Of a stretch of DNA of 64,000 nt, positions 9,907 through 19,467 are shown one piece after another. The notes below the pieces were generated by a model that ran no database searches, was not told the DNA's origin, and was given only the letters and a program-made list of their open reading frames with translations. Both the position numbers and the translations under genes were made by a program. This DNA comes from Candidatus Spongiisociaceae bacterium (GTDB lineage: Bacteria; Actinomycetota; Acidimicrobiia; Spongiisociales; Spongiisociaceae): assembly GCA_965202665.1 (NCBI GenBank), contig OZ241841.1, forward strand, positions 1,856,001-1,920,000. The letters run 5' to 3'. How positions within the stretch are numbered: position 1 is the first letter of the stretch; every line of letters starts with the position of its first letter.

Positions 9907-10146
9907 CTAAGCCGCCAGCCTTTTCGGCAGATTGCGCCGAACCCGAACCGCCGAACCATTGTCGAATCGCAACAACACCAGGTAGTTGTTGACGATGCTC
10001 TTATCCAACCGGGCGGGCGGCAAGCCCAGTTCGGCGGCATCCGCCACCCAGTTGGGGAACGTGCCGTAATGGCCCTTGAACGCCAACGACGCCGTGTGCC
10101 CTACGACCACCACCTCGTTCGTCCCCTCAAATATTGTATAAAGTAT
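9907..10146 (-). CDS. Small hypothetical protein, paralogue of 4916-5140
   Basis: AAGGAG RBS then ATA at 10146, matching the paralogue's Met (ILYTIF vs MLYIII); the ORF is open to 10227. Confidence 0.65.
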   Translation of the reverse strand: MLYTIFEGTNEVVVVGHTASLAFKGHYGTFPNWVADAAELGLPPARLDKSIVNNYLVLLRFDNGSAVRVRRNLPKRLAA

Positions 10147-10438
10147 TGTTGTCTCCTTCCCTCGTTTGCCGACAAGTTGCATCGACCCGCAATTTGTCCT
10201 TCCCCCTATATAAGGAAGGAAATTCACTATTCATTGCAAGATTTTCTGTCTTCTAAACATCCCGAAACTCTTACAGAATTTAAACCAATATAAAAGGAGA
10301 TAAAAACGCTTCAGAAAAAATTTGTCTAACAAGAAAATTGCAGTGTGGACTTACTATGCTTCGTCGTCCCTTAGCCCGCCGTAACCCGAAAGGCGTCAGG
10401 ACATCAACGCTCAACGTCGTTTGGCGGAGGGCGCGGCG

Positions 10439-11098
10439 TCAGGTTCGGGTTTCATATCGGTCGGGGTCGTCTGTTGCTTCTGCGGGGTTGACAACGGTGG
10501 GAACGGGCCAGGGCTGGTCGTTGACTCCGTCATCTCGGATTGTGATGGTGTCGGGCAGGTCGGGGTCGAAGCGTACTATCTGGTCTTCTCGGCGGTCGTA
10601 GGCGTAGCCGTCGGGCAGTTGGTCGGTGATGAGCCTGATGGCCTCTTGATGTAGGGGGTAGAATACGCTGTCGTAGAGGCCGTTTTCTGCGTCTTGCCAT
10701 ATTTGCGCTACTCGGCGGAGGTGCGCCTTCCAGTATTTGCACTCGGGAGCGGGCGCGGGTTCGGTTTTGGTCTCAAATCGGTCGGGGTCGGCTTCGGCCT
10801 CTGCGGGGTGGAGGACGGTGGGGGCGGGGATGGGCAGGTCGTTGCCCGCTTCGCCTTTGATGATGAAGGTGTCGGGCAGGTCGGGGTCGAAGCGCACGAT
10901 CCGGCTTTCGTCGTAGTCGAAGGCATAACCATCGGGGAGTTGGTCGGTGATGAGTCGGATGCCCGCTTCGCGTTGGGGGCCGAGCACGTCGTCGTAGAGG
11001 CCGTCGTCGACATCCTGCGACATCTGCGTCATCCGCCGGATGCGCTCCTCCCAGCAGGCTTCCTCGGAGACGGGCCCCGGGTTAGGTTCGGGTTTCAC
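10439..11098 (-). CDS. Hypothetical acidic protein with two ~105-aa repeats (copy 2)
   Basis: Repeated W..R.....Q...D...GLYD...IRLITDQLPDGYA.D....IVRFDPDLPDT...P.EA..DPDR; near-identical to 11184-11861. Confidence 0.75.
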   Translation of the reverse strand: MKPEPNPGPVSEEACWEERIRRMTQMSQDVDDGLYDDVLGPQREAGIRLITDQLPDGYAFDYDESRIVRFDPDLPDTFIIKGEAGNDLPIPAPTVLHPAEAEADPDRFETKTEPAPAPECKYWKAHLRRVAQIWQDAENGLYDSVFYPLHQEAIRLITDQLPDGYAYDRREDQIVRFDPDLPDTITIRDDGVNDQPWPVPTVVNPAEATDDPDRYETRT

Positions 11099-11183
11099 GG
11101 CCAGCGAGGAGTCGGTGCCGAGCCCTGTGGATTTGAGGACAGCGGGTTAGATGTCACCTTTGACGGCGAGAGCGGGCGCGGCG

Positions 11184-11861
11184 TCAGGTTCGGATTGCAT
11201 ATCGGTCGGGGTCGGCTTCGGCTTCTGTCGGGTGGACTATGTCGGGAACTGGCTCGGGCTGGTCAGTTATTCCATTATATCTGATTGTGATGGTGTCGGG
11301 CAGGTTGGGGTCGAGGCGCACGATCCGGCTTTCGTGGTGGTCGTAGGCGTAGCCGTCGGGCAGTTGGTCAGTGATGAGTCTGATGGCCTCTTCCGATAGG
11401 GGGTCGATTAGGTTGTCGTAGAGGCCGTTTTCTGCGTCTTTCCATATTTGCGCTACTCGGCGGAGGTGCGCCTTCCAGTATTTGCACTCTGGGGCGGGCG
11501 CGGGTTCGGTTTTGGTCTCATATCGGTCGGGGTCGGCTTCGGCCTCTGCGGGGTGGAGGACGGTGGGGGCGGGGACGGGCAGGTCGTTGCCCGCTTCGCC
11601 TTTGATGATGAAGGTGTCGGGCAGGTCGGGGTCGAAGCGCACGATTTGGCATTCGTCGTAGTCGTAGGCGTAGCCATTGGGCAGTTGGTCGGTGATGAGC
11701 CTGGTGGTCGCTTCGCGGAGGGGGCCGAGCACGTCGTCGTAGAGGCCGTCGTCGACATCCTGCGACATCTGCGTCATCCGCTGGATGCGCTTTTCCCAGT
11801 AGGCGGCCAGGTCGGCTTCCTCTTTCAACATTTTGGTGGTCATGATGCTATACTCTACCAC
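11184..11861 (-). CDS. Hypothetical acidic protein with two ~105-aa repeats (copy 1)
   Basis: Same repeat unit; overlaps the end of the upstream toxin-like gene; alternative ATG at 11843. Confidence 0.75.
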   Translation of the reverse strand: MVEYSIMTTKMLKEEADLAAYWEKRIQRMTQMSQDVDDGLYDDVLGPLREATTRLITDQLPNGYAYDYDECQIVRFDPDLPDTFIIKGEAGNDLPVPAPTVLHPAEAEADPDRYETKTEPAPAPECKYWKAHLRRVAQIWKDAENGLYDNLIDPLSEEAIRLITDQLPDGYAYDHHESRIVRLDPNLPDTITIRYNGITDQPEPVPDIVHPTEAEADPDRYAIRT

Positions 11862-12172
11862 AGGTTCCGTCTTCTTGATGACCTACGACTTTTTCGTTGT
11901 TGGCGTGCCTTGTCGATGTGGAATACAACTTTCTGCCCGCCTGGCCTGTACTCATATCCTACCTCAATGTGATCAAGTCGTTCTATGGCGAATCCCTCCA
12001 TCCACAAGGCCCGCTTCCCGGCGGTTCGCTTGCCGGATTTCTGAAAGGGGCCTACGTAAGGCCGGTCGAATACTGCTTCGGCGTCGGCTGGACCGTATCC
12101 GTGCTTGAAAGCCGACGGCAGGTACCAGACGCCGTTTTCTTCTACGATCCCAGGGGGTGCCTGATCCGTCAT
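11855..12172 (-). CDS. Putative RelE/BrnT-like toxin
   Basis: SAFKHG....D, IEVG, VVFH...R and a basic tail, resembling actinobacterial SAxKHG toxins. Confidence 0.55.
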   Translation of the reverse strand: MTDQAPPGIVEENGVWYLPSAFKHGYGPADAEAVFDRPYVGPFQKSGKRTAGKRALWMEGFAIERLDHIEVGYEYRPGGQKVVFHIDKARQQRKSRRSSRRRNLW

Positions 12173-12203
12173 CGGCAATCTGTCATACTATTTAGTTTTG
12201 AGT

Positions 12204-12241
12204 TTGACATTCTTGTGACCATAGTGTTATTATAATACACC
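12204..12241 (+). promoter_or_regulatory. Putative sigma70 promoter of the RM operon, probably leaderless
   Basis: TTGACA at 12204; overlapping TATTAT/TATAAT at 12228-12236, 5 nt before the ATG; near-palindrome GTGTTATTATAATACAC. Confidence 0.5.
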
Positions 12242-12853
12242 ATGATTACATTAATAACGCGCCTGTCCGAGGTGGCGGAAGTTTCGCAGGGGTTGGCCCT
12301 GTCGGGGCGGGGGGTGGGCGCGCAGGCCGGGGATTGGCGGTTGCGGATGGTGGAAAGCCGGGACGTGTCCGACGACCGGCTCCGCTTGGACGGCCTGCGG
12401 GAGGTTGGTGTGGTGCGGAGCGTGCGCACCGAACGGCATCTGCTCCGTCCGTTCGATGTGCTGGTCACCGCTCGGGCCGGGCGGCCGGAGGCGGCCCTGG
12501 TGCCCCCCCGGGTGTCCCGCACCGTGGCGGGGATTACGCTGTTGGCGGTGCGTCCTCGCCATCCGGAGTCGGGGATGGGGCAGTACCTGTGGTTCTATCT
12601 GACATCCGCCGACGGGCGAGCGCAGCTGGCTCGCAAAACCCGCCCCGGTATCACGTTCACGTCCCTGTCGGCCCGCGACTTGGGGGAGATGGTGGTTCCG
12701 ACTCCGCCTCCCCGCATCCTGGACAGGGTGGCCCGCCTGGTCGGGTCGTCGGAGCGGGCCTACGCGGCGGCGACGGAGGCGGCCCGTCTGCGACGGACGA
12801 CCCTGCGGGACGCCCTGGTCCGCCGAATATGTCACACGGCCCTGCCAAACTAG
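12242..12853 (+). CDS. Single-TRD type I restriction specificity-subunit-like protein
   Basis: RLSEVAEVSQG, LRPFDVLV, YLWFYLTS, SLSARDLGEMVVPTPP followed by a helix: HsdS half-subunit pattern. Confidence 0.75.
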   Translation: MITLITRLSEVAEVSQGLALSGRGVGAQAGDWRLRMVESRDVSDDRLRLDGLREVGVVRSVRTERHLLRPFDVLVTARAGRPEAALVPPRVSRTVAGITLLAVRPRHPESGMGQYLWFYLTSADGRAQLARKTRPGITFTSLSARDLGEMVVPTPPPRILDRVARLVGSSERAYAAATEAARLRRTTLRDALVRRICHTALPN

Positions 12854-12869
12854 ATTAAGAGGTGAGACG

Positions 12870-14399
12870 ATGCCATTAACTCAACAAGAACTGGAGTCGA
12901 AACTCTGGCAGGCGGCGGACATCCTGCGCGGCCAGATCGACGCCGCCGATTACAAGAACTACATCTTCTCCATCCTGTTCCTGAAAAGACTGTCGGACCG
13001 CTTCGAGGAGGAGGTGGAGGCGGCGGTAGCGCAGGGCGTGCCCCGGGAGGCCGCCCTGTACGATACGGATGAACACGAATTCTTCGTCCCCGATGAGGTC
13101 CGCTGGGCGGCCTTGGCCGGGGCGTCGATGAACCTGGGGGAGAAGTTGAATGTGGCCGGCCATGAGATTGAGTACGAGAACACGCCCCGTCTGGACGGGG
13201 TGCTGACGTCGGTGAACTGGAATGACGAGTCCAAGCTGGGCTCCCCGGCCAACCGGGAGAAGATCATCCGCAACCTGCTCAACCATTTCAGCGATCTGGA
13301 TCTGTCGGACCGCAACCTGGCCCCGGACGGCGGGGGCGGGGCGGGCAACGTGCTGGGCGACGCCTACGAATATCTGATTCACCGGTTCGCCGACGATGCG
13401 GGCAAGAAGGGCGGCGAGTTTTACACCCCCCGGGCGGTGGTGCGCCTGATAGTGGAATTACTGCGCCCGCAGGAGGGGATGCGCATCTGCGATCCGACGG
13501 CCGGTTCGGCCGGAATGCTGATTTACACCGCCCAATATGTGAAAGAGCAGGGGGGCGACCCGCGCAACCTGGTGTTGCACGGCCAGGAACGCAACCTGGG
13601 GACGCTGGCCATCGGCCGCCTGAACCTGCTCCTGCATGATCTGCGCGCGGCCCGTTTGGAGGGAGGGGATGTGATCGCCGAGCCGCAACTGCTGGACGAC
13701 AAGGGATGGTTGATGCTCTACGACCGGGTAATAGCCAATCCCCCATTCAGTCTAAAAAACTGGGGTTTCGAGTCCGCCCCCGACGATCCCCACTCCCGCT
13801 TCAACCGCTACGGGGCCATACCGCCCCGCGCTAAAGGAGATTTGGCCTTCGTGTTGCACATGCTGGCGGTAACAAATCACACAGGGATGCTGGGGGTGGT
13901 GTTGCCGCACGGGGTGCTGTTCCGAGGTGGGGCGGAAGGCAAAATACGCAAAGGGATGGTGAAGGAGGATCGTTTTGAGGCGGTAATCGGTTTGACGCCC
14001 AACCTGTTCTTCGGGGCCGCCATCCCGGTTGCCATCTGTGTATTCAACAAACAGAAACCTCCGGAACGGAAAGGAAAGGTGCTTTTCATAGACGCCGACC
14101 AGGAGGGCTACTTCCGCCAAGGCAAAGCCCAGAACCATTTAGATGGTGAGCACATCCAGAAGATAGCCGAGGCCTACCACAATTTTGAGGAGGTGGAACG
14201 GTTCGCCCACATAGCCGATTTGGAGGAAATAGAGGAAAACGACTACAATCTTAACATCAGCCGCTACGTAGACAAAACGGAACCGATAGAAATCATAAGC
14301 GTAGAAGAGGCCTTGGCCCAGCTGAGAGAAGCTGAGCAACGGAGAGACGAAGCAGTAGCCAAAATGAACGAACACCTGAAAGAGTTAAGATATGTCTAG
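12870..14399 (+). CDS. hsdM: Type I RM methyltransferase subunit M
   Basis: LWQAADILRG, GEFYTP, DPTAGSAG, NPPF, PHGVLFRG, YNLNISRY. Confidence 0.97.
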   Translation: MPLTQQELESKLWQAADILRGQIDAADYKNYIFSILFLKRLSDRFEEEVEAAVAQGVPREAALYDTDEHEFFVPDEVRWAALAGASMNLGEKLNVAGHEIEYENTPRLDGVLTSVNWNDESKLGSPANREKIIRNLLNHFSDLDLSDRNLAPDGGGGAGNVLGDAYEYLIHRFADDAGKKGGEFYTPRAVVRLIVELLRPQEGMRICDPTAGSAGMLIYTAQYVKEQGGDPRNLVLHGQERNLGTLAIGRLNLLLHDLRAARLEGGDVIAEPQLLDDKGWLMLYDRVIANPPFSLKNWGFESAPDDPHSRFNRYGAIPPRAKGDLAFVLHMLAVTNHTGMLGVVLPHGVLFRGGAEGKIRKGMVKEDRFEAVIGLTPNLFFGAAIPVAICVFNKQKPPERKGKVLFIDADQEGYFRQGKAQNHLDGEHIQKIAEAYHNFEEVERFAHIADLEEIEENDYNLNISRYVDKTEPIEIISVEEALAQLREAEQRRDEAVAKMNEHLKELRYV

Positions 14400-15588
14400 T
14401 TTCGTCTCCCCCCCCCCCATTGGAAGATAGTTAAATTGGGTGATGTAGCCAATGTCGAATTCAGCAGTGTTGACAAAAAGGCGGTGGATGATGAAATTCC
14501 GGTGGTGCTTTGCAATTATCATGATGTGGTGAGCAATTATCGTATTCGGTCCGGTATAGATTTTATGCCTGCAACTGCTACAGCCAAGGAAGTTGACAAA
14601 TGGACGCTACAGCAAAATGACGTTGTCTTCACCAAGGATGCTGAGATAGGAAAGGTTTCCTTGGTGGAAGAGAACATACCAAATCTGGTGTGCGGCTATC
14701 ACCTAGGACGTGCTCGACCTAAACAAGATATAGTTTTTGGGCCGTTTTTGGCGGAAGCTCTCAAAACTCCCGTTACGCAAAAACAAATTACACGTTTACA
14801 AACAGGTCTTACTATCTCTGGGATCCGTCTAGGAGATATGCGATCTGTACAATTACTGTTACCTCCATTTGAAGAGCAAAAACATATAGCATCTGTTTTA
14901 GGTAGTGTTGACGAAGCGATAGAAAAAATGGAAAATGTAATAGTCAAAACAGTGCAACTACGCGATGCGCTACTACACGAACTGTTAAGCCGAGGAGTCC
15001 CCGGACACCACAAAGAAGGGGTAGAAGTACCCGGCGAGGCGTGGCCCCCCCCCCCCATGGAAGGTAGTCATCTTGGGTGATATAGCCGAAGTCCAAAAAG
15101 GCACTAGCTTTACTAGCAAGGATTTGGTGCTCGGAGACATTCCTGTAATTGCAGGAGGCCGCGAACCGGCCTATTATCATAAGTATTCTAACCGGCCACC
15201 TAATACGATCACGGTGAGCGCATCGGGTGATGCTGGCTACGTTTCTATTCATCGTAAGCCCATTTTCGCTTCAGATTGCATAACAGTCCGTCCTAAACCG
15301 GAAATATCGGTGACCAACTATATTTATTATTTTTTGAAACATAATCAGAACAAGATATACCGTCTCAGAACTGGTTCGGCGTTGCCACATGTATATCGGA
15401 AGGATATTGCCAGATTCATAGTAATACTTCCTCCGTTAGAGGAGCAGATATCCATTGCAAGATATTTAGACAGTGTGTCTGAGGTTATAGACCATAATAG
15501 ACAAGTAATGAACAGACAGAGTAGACTACGAGATGCACTACTACACGACCTTTTAACCCGAGGTCTTCCGAATAATCACAATGATTGA
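14392..15588 (+). CDS. hsdS: Type I RM specificity subunit, frameshifted at two poly-C tracts
   Basis: ATG at 14392 overlaps the hsdM end; two TRDs, each beginning W-K-(I/V)-V-x-LGD and ending PP.EEQ..IA...LRDALLH(E/D)LL; frame broken at C11 and C12. Confidence 0.9.
14408..14418 (+). repeat. Poly-C tract (C11) before TRD1
   Basis: C11 leads to a stop at codon 13; C12 or C9 restores ..P-H-W-K-I-V-K-L-G-D. Confidence 0.9.
15045..15056 (+). repeat. Poly-C tract (C12) before TRD2
   Basis: C12 leads to a stop at 15080; C11 or C14 restores P-W-K-V-V-I-L-G-D. Confidence 0.9.
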
Positions 15589-15607
15589 TTTAGCAGGGAG
15601 GTAATGT

Positions 15608-18600
15608 ATGGATATTGAATTAGCGCAGGTGGAGCAACCGGCGCGGGAGTTGCTGGAGCGGTTGGGGTGGTCTTACCTTTCTCGTTCCGAACTTTCGCGG
15701 GAGAGGGGGGATGAGCGGGAGGTATTACTCAAGGGGCGGTTGCGTTCTGCTTTGCTTCGGCTTAATGAGTGGATGGACTCGGAGCAGGCGGACCGGGTAA
15801 TTTACGCTTTGGAACACCTGGAAGAATCTGGGATGGGGCGTAATAGGCGGGTGCACGAGTATCTTACCTATGGGATGCCTTTGGATGTGGACCAGCCGGG
15901 CGGGCGGCGTGCCCGTACTGTCCGGTTTTGTGACTTTGAGTATCCGGAGGGTGGGCGCAACGAATTCGTCGTCACCACCCAGTTCCGGGTTTCACGCGGG
16001 GAGAATGTTGTTCCTGATTTGGTGTTGTTCGTCAACGGCATTCCCCTGGTGGTGATGGAAGCCAAACGGCCCGACTTGTTGTGGCGGCGGGAGGAGGCTG
16101 TTAAGCAGTTGCGCCGTTATCAGGAAGCTGACCTGAATTTTCGGGGGAGGGGAGCGCCGGAGCTGTTTCATTACAACCTGTTGTGCGTGGCTCACTCTGG
16201 GGCGGAAGCGTCCTACGCCGGACTGTACGCCCCCGAAATAGACTATTTTGAGTGGAAAAGCATCCATCCTTTCCACGAAGACGAGGTGCGTAGCCGGTTC
16301 GGGGTCGAACCTCGGGGGCAGGCTCAGCTCATTATCGGCCTTTTGTCCCCCTCCGTCCTGCTGGACATTTTGCGCGATTACGTGGTTTACGAGCATCGGG
16401 GCGGGAAACTGGTTAAAAAGCTGCCCCGTTACCAGCAGTATCGGGCGGTTCGGGAAGCTTTGGGGCGCATCCGGCGGGGCGGGAGCCCCCAGGAGCGGGG
16501 CGGGATTGTTTGGCACACCCAGGGGTCCGGCAAGTCTTTGACCATGCTGTGGCTGGCCACCAAACTGCGCCGTTCCGCCCGCCTGGGCGACTTGGACAAC
16601 CCGGCCATTCTCATCATCACCGACCGCACCCAGCTGGACCGGCAGATTACCGACACTTTCAACCGGTGCGGCTTCTCCGCCCCCGAACAGGCTAAAAGCA
16701 CCCGGGATTTGCGCCGTCTGCTCACCAGCGGGGTGGGGCGTACGGTGATGACCACCATCCAGAAATTCGAGGAAGTCCTGCAGGAAGACGACGGGCGGGC
16801 GGAGGCTCTCAACCCGGCCGCCAACGTGGTGGTGATGGTGGACGAAGCCCACCGCACCCAGTACGGAATCCTGGCCGCCCGCATGTCGCAGGCCCTGCCC
16901 AACGCCGTCCTCATCGGCTTCACCGGCACCCCCATCGACAAAGGGTTCGAACGTAGCACGCGGCGGCGGTTCGGGGAACTGATCGACTCCTACACCATCC
17001 CCCAATCGGTTGCCGACGGGGCCACCGTCCCCATCCGCTACGAGTTGCGCAAACCGGAACTGTCCGTCGTCGGCCCCGACGCTTTGGACCGGCTGTTCAA
17101 CCGGCTGTTCGGCGATCTCACCGACGATGAGCAGGCGCAGATTCGCCGCCGTTACGCCAACCGGGAAAGCTTGGCCGAAGCCGAACGGCGCATTCAAATG
17201 ATCGCCGAAGACATCGCCGGCCATTTCATCGACCACATCCGGCCCAACCGGTTCCGGGGGCAGGTGGTGGCCCCCAGCCGGGCGGCCGCCCTCCAATACG
17301 CCCGGCATCTGCGGGACTTCGGAATACCCGAAACCTATCCGATCATCACCGTCACCCCCGGCGATGGGGCCGAATATAACCAGGTGCGGGATCTGAACCA
17401 GGAACAGTTGGTGAAAGCCTTCGTGGAAGACGAAGACGGGCCGGGGGTGCCCGAAATTCTGGTGGTGGTGGACAAGTTGCGCACCGGGTTCGACGCCCCC
17501 CGGGAGCAGGTTCTCTATTTGGACAAAGGAGTGCGGGAACATGATCTGCTGCAGACCATCGCCCGCGTCAACCGCCGCTTCTCCCACCATGCGGATGGGG
17601 TTTCAACTGAAAAAACCTACGGGTTGATAGTGGACTATCACGGGGTTTCCCAAGAGTTGGAGAAAGCCCTGGCCGGGTTCGAATGGGGGGAGGTCAGCGA
17701 GGCGATGGAGCCATTGGAAACCGGGGATGAAATCGGGGAGGTGATTGAAGAAGCGGCCGCCCGGGCGGAAAGATGGTTCCGGGGGAAGGATTTGGATGAC
17801 ACCTGGGAGTGCGTGTTGATGTTCGCCCCCGACGCCGAAACCGAAGGGGAATTCAAGATAGACCTTTATCAGCGGTTCAATCAGGACTACCGGCATTTCG
17901 CCTATCTGATGGACCGGTTCCTTCCCGACCCGCGGGCTTTGGCCTACCGGGACCGGTTGTCGCGGCTCACCGTCGTCCGCTCCTATGTGAGGGCGCAGTA
18001 TATGCGGGAAGACGCCGAACTGGACTGGACTGACATCGGGGCGAAAGCCAAAAAACTGGTGGACGAGCGGATAGACGCCGTCGTGAAGGAACTGATGAAA
18101 CCCATCTCCATCCTCCACCCCGACTTTGAGCGGACGATGGCCGGGTTGCCGGGGGAGCGGGTTCGGGCTTCGCTGATGGAACACGCCCTGCGGGCGGAAA
18201 TCAACCGTCGGTTCGGGGAAAATCCGGCTTTCTACCAGAAACTGTCCGAGTTGTTGAAAGAAGTGATCGGCCAGTTGCGGCAGGGCACGCTGGACGACTT
18301 GGAAGCCTGCCGTCGGATGGGGGAAATGGCCGGGCGAATGGAAGAGGAGGGGGACATCGCCGCCCGGCTGGAACTCACCCGGCGCGGATACGCCTACTAT
18401 GGGTTGTTGCTGGCGGAACCGGACGAACCCACCCGCGCCGCCGGGGACCTGGGCGAACATCAGGAAGAATTCGAGGAGGAGATGGTGAAACTGGCCGGAA
18501 GATTGGATGAAGCGGTGGAAAAACATGCGGCGATCATCGAATGGCGGGACAAGCCGGACGTGCAACGGGAAATGCGCCGGGACGTGAAGCGGATTCTGCG

Positions 18601-18697
18601 GGAAAGCGGGGAATACTCCCAGGAGCATCTGGACGAACTGAGCCGCCGCCTGGTGGAAATCGCCCGGCGGCAGGGGGACGCCGGTGCGGACGCGTGA
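15608..18697 (+). CDS. hsdR: Type I RM restriction subunit R
   Basis: PDLVLFVNGIPLVVMEAK, WHTQGSGKS, DEAHR, FTGTP, TGFDAP, QTIARVNR. Confidence 0.97.
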   Translation: MDIELAQVEQPARELLERLGWSYLSRSELSRERGDEREVLLKGRLRSALLRLNEWMDSEQADRVIYALEHLEESGMGRNRRVHEYLTYGMPLDVDQPGGRRARTVRFCDFEYPEGGRNEFVVTTQFRVSRGENVVPDLVLFVNGIPLVVMEAKRPDLLWRREEAVKQLRRYQEADLNFRGRGAPELFHYNLLCVAHSGAEASYAGLYAPEIDYFEWKSIHPFHEDEVRSRFGVEPRGQAQLIIGLLSPSVLLDILRDYVVYEHRGGKLVKKLPRYQQYRAVREALGRIRRGGSPQERGGIVWHTQGSGKSLTMLWLATKLRRSARLGDLDNPAILIITDRTQLDRQITDTFNRCGFSAPEQAKSTRDLRRLLTSGVGRTVMTTIQKFEEVLQEDDGRAEALNPAANVVVMVDEAHRTQYGILAARMSQALPNAVLIGFTGTPIDKGFERSTRRRFGELIDSYTIPQSVADGATVPIRYELRKPELSVVGPDALDRLFNRLFGDLTDDEQAQIRRRYANRESLAEAERRIQMIAEDIAGHFIDHIRPNRFRGQVVAPSRAAALQYARHLRDFGIPETYPIITVTPGDGAEYNQVRDLNQEQLVKAFVEDEDGPGVPEILVVVDKLRTGFDAPREQVLYLDKGVREHDLLQTIARVNRRFSHHADGVSTEKTYGLIVDYHGVSQELEKALAGFEWGEVSEAMEPLETGDEIGEVIEEAAARAERWFRGKDLDDTWECVLMFAPDAETEGEFKIDLYQRFNQDYRHFAYLMDRFLPDPRALAYRDRLSRLTVVRSYVRAQYMREDAELDWTDIGAKAKKLVDERIDAVVKELMKPISILHPDFERTMAGLPGERVRASLMEHALRAEINRRFGENPAFYQKLSELLKEVIGQLRQGTLDDLEACRRMGEMAGRMEEEGDIAARLELTRRGYAYYGLLLAEPDEPTRAAGDLGEHQEEFEEEMVKLAGRLDEAVEKHAAIIEWRDKPDVQREMRRDVKRILRESGEYSQEHLDELSRRLVEIARRQGDAGADA

Positions 18698-19421
18698 CCG
18701 GGTGCGTTACGGCGGGTCGGTCATCGAATACGAGATCCGGCGCAGCCCCCGCCGCCGTAAAACTATCCAGTTGGCGGTTGACGGGGGCGGGGTGTCGGTG
18801 ACCGCCCCGATGGAAGCCGGCGACGAATATCTGAAGGCGTTCGTGCGGCAACGGGCCGACTGGATCATCCGCCGCTCCTCGGACGCTGCGGCTTTGCGGG
18901 CCGCCCCCAAGCGGTTCGTGAGCGGGGAAACCGTGCCCTACCTGGGGCGGAACATGCGGATGATCGTGTCGGAGGCGGAGGAAGGGGAGCGGTCGCCGCA
19001 GGTGCGGTTCGACCATTGGAGGCTGCGGATAGCGGTTCCCCCCGGTTGGGAGGGGGAGGAGCGGACGGAGCGGGTGCGGTCGGCGGTGACCGACTGGTTT
19101 CGGGGGCGGGCGGAAGCGCGGGTGCCGCCGGTGGTGGACCGCTGGTGGCCGCAGTTCGGGCGGGGGGAGCGGTCGGCGGTGCTGATCCGCAACCAGCGCA
19201 AACGGTGGGCCAGCTGCGGGGCGGACGGCACGTTGCGTTTCAACTGGCGGGTGGTGATGGTCCCCCCGCCGCTTCTGGAATACGTGGTGGTGCACGAGTT
19301 GGCCCACCTGGTGGTCCGCAACCATTCCGCCGACTTCTGGAACCTGGTAACCGGAGCCATCCCCGACGCCCCCGCCCGCCGTCGCCGCCTAAGGGAAACC
19401 ACCCCCCACCTCCCCTTCTAA
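18684..19421 (+). CDS. YgjP/DUF45 (M48/SprT-like) metalloprotein
   Basis: RRSPRRRKTI, WASC, LRFNW, YVVVHELAHL..RNHS..FW; usual position after hsdR. Confidence 0.92.
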   Translation: MRTRDRVRYGGSVIEYEIRRSPRRRKTIQLAVDGGGVSVTAPMEAGDEYLKAFVRQRADWIIRRSSDAAALRAAPKRFVSGETVPYLGRNMRMIVSEAEEGERSPQVRFDHWRLRIAVPPGWEGEERTERVRSAVTDWFRGRAEARVPPVVDRWWPQFGRGERSAVLIRNQRKRWASCGADGTLRFNWRVVMVPPPLLEYVVVHELAHLVVRNHSADFWNLVTGAIPDAPARRRRLRETTPHLPF

Positions 19422-19467
19422 ACCCCTAAGGTTTCCGTTATTTCTGGGAACGGTCTAGAGTGGGGAC

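Noticed and set aside
5079-10040. Long alternative-frame ORFs over lhr (and similarly over hflX, the M1 peptidase, the SDIMO genes and leuC)
   Set aside because: Arg/Gly/Pro-rich shadow ORFs expected at high GC, overlapping clearly identified genes
10439-11861. Selenocysteine readthrough joining the two repeat genes
   Set aside because: The two ORFs are in different frames, both copies end in the same TGA context, and there is no redox motif or evident SECIS
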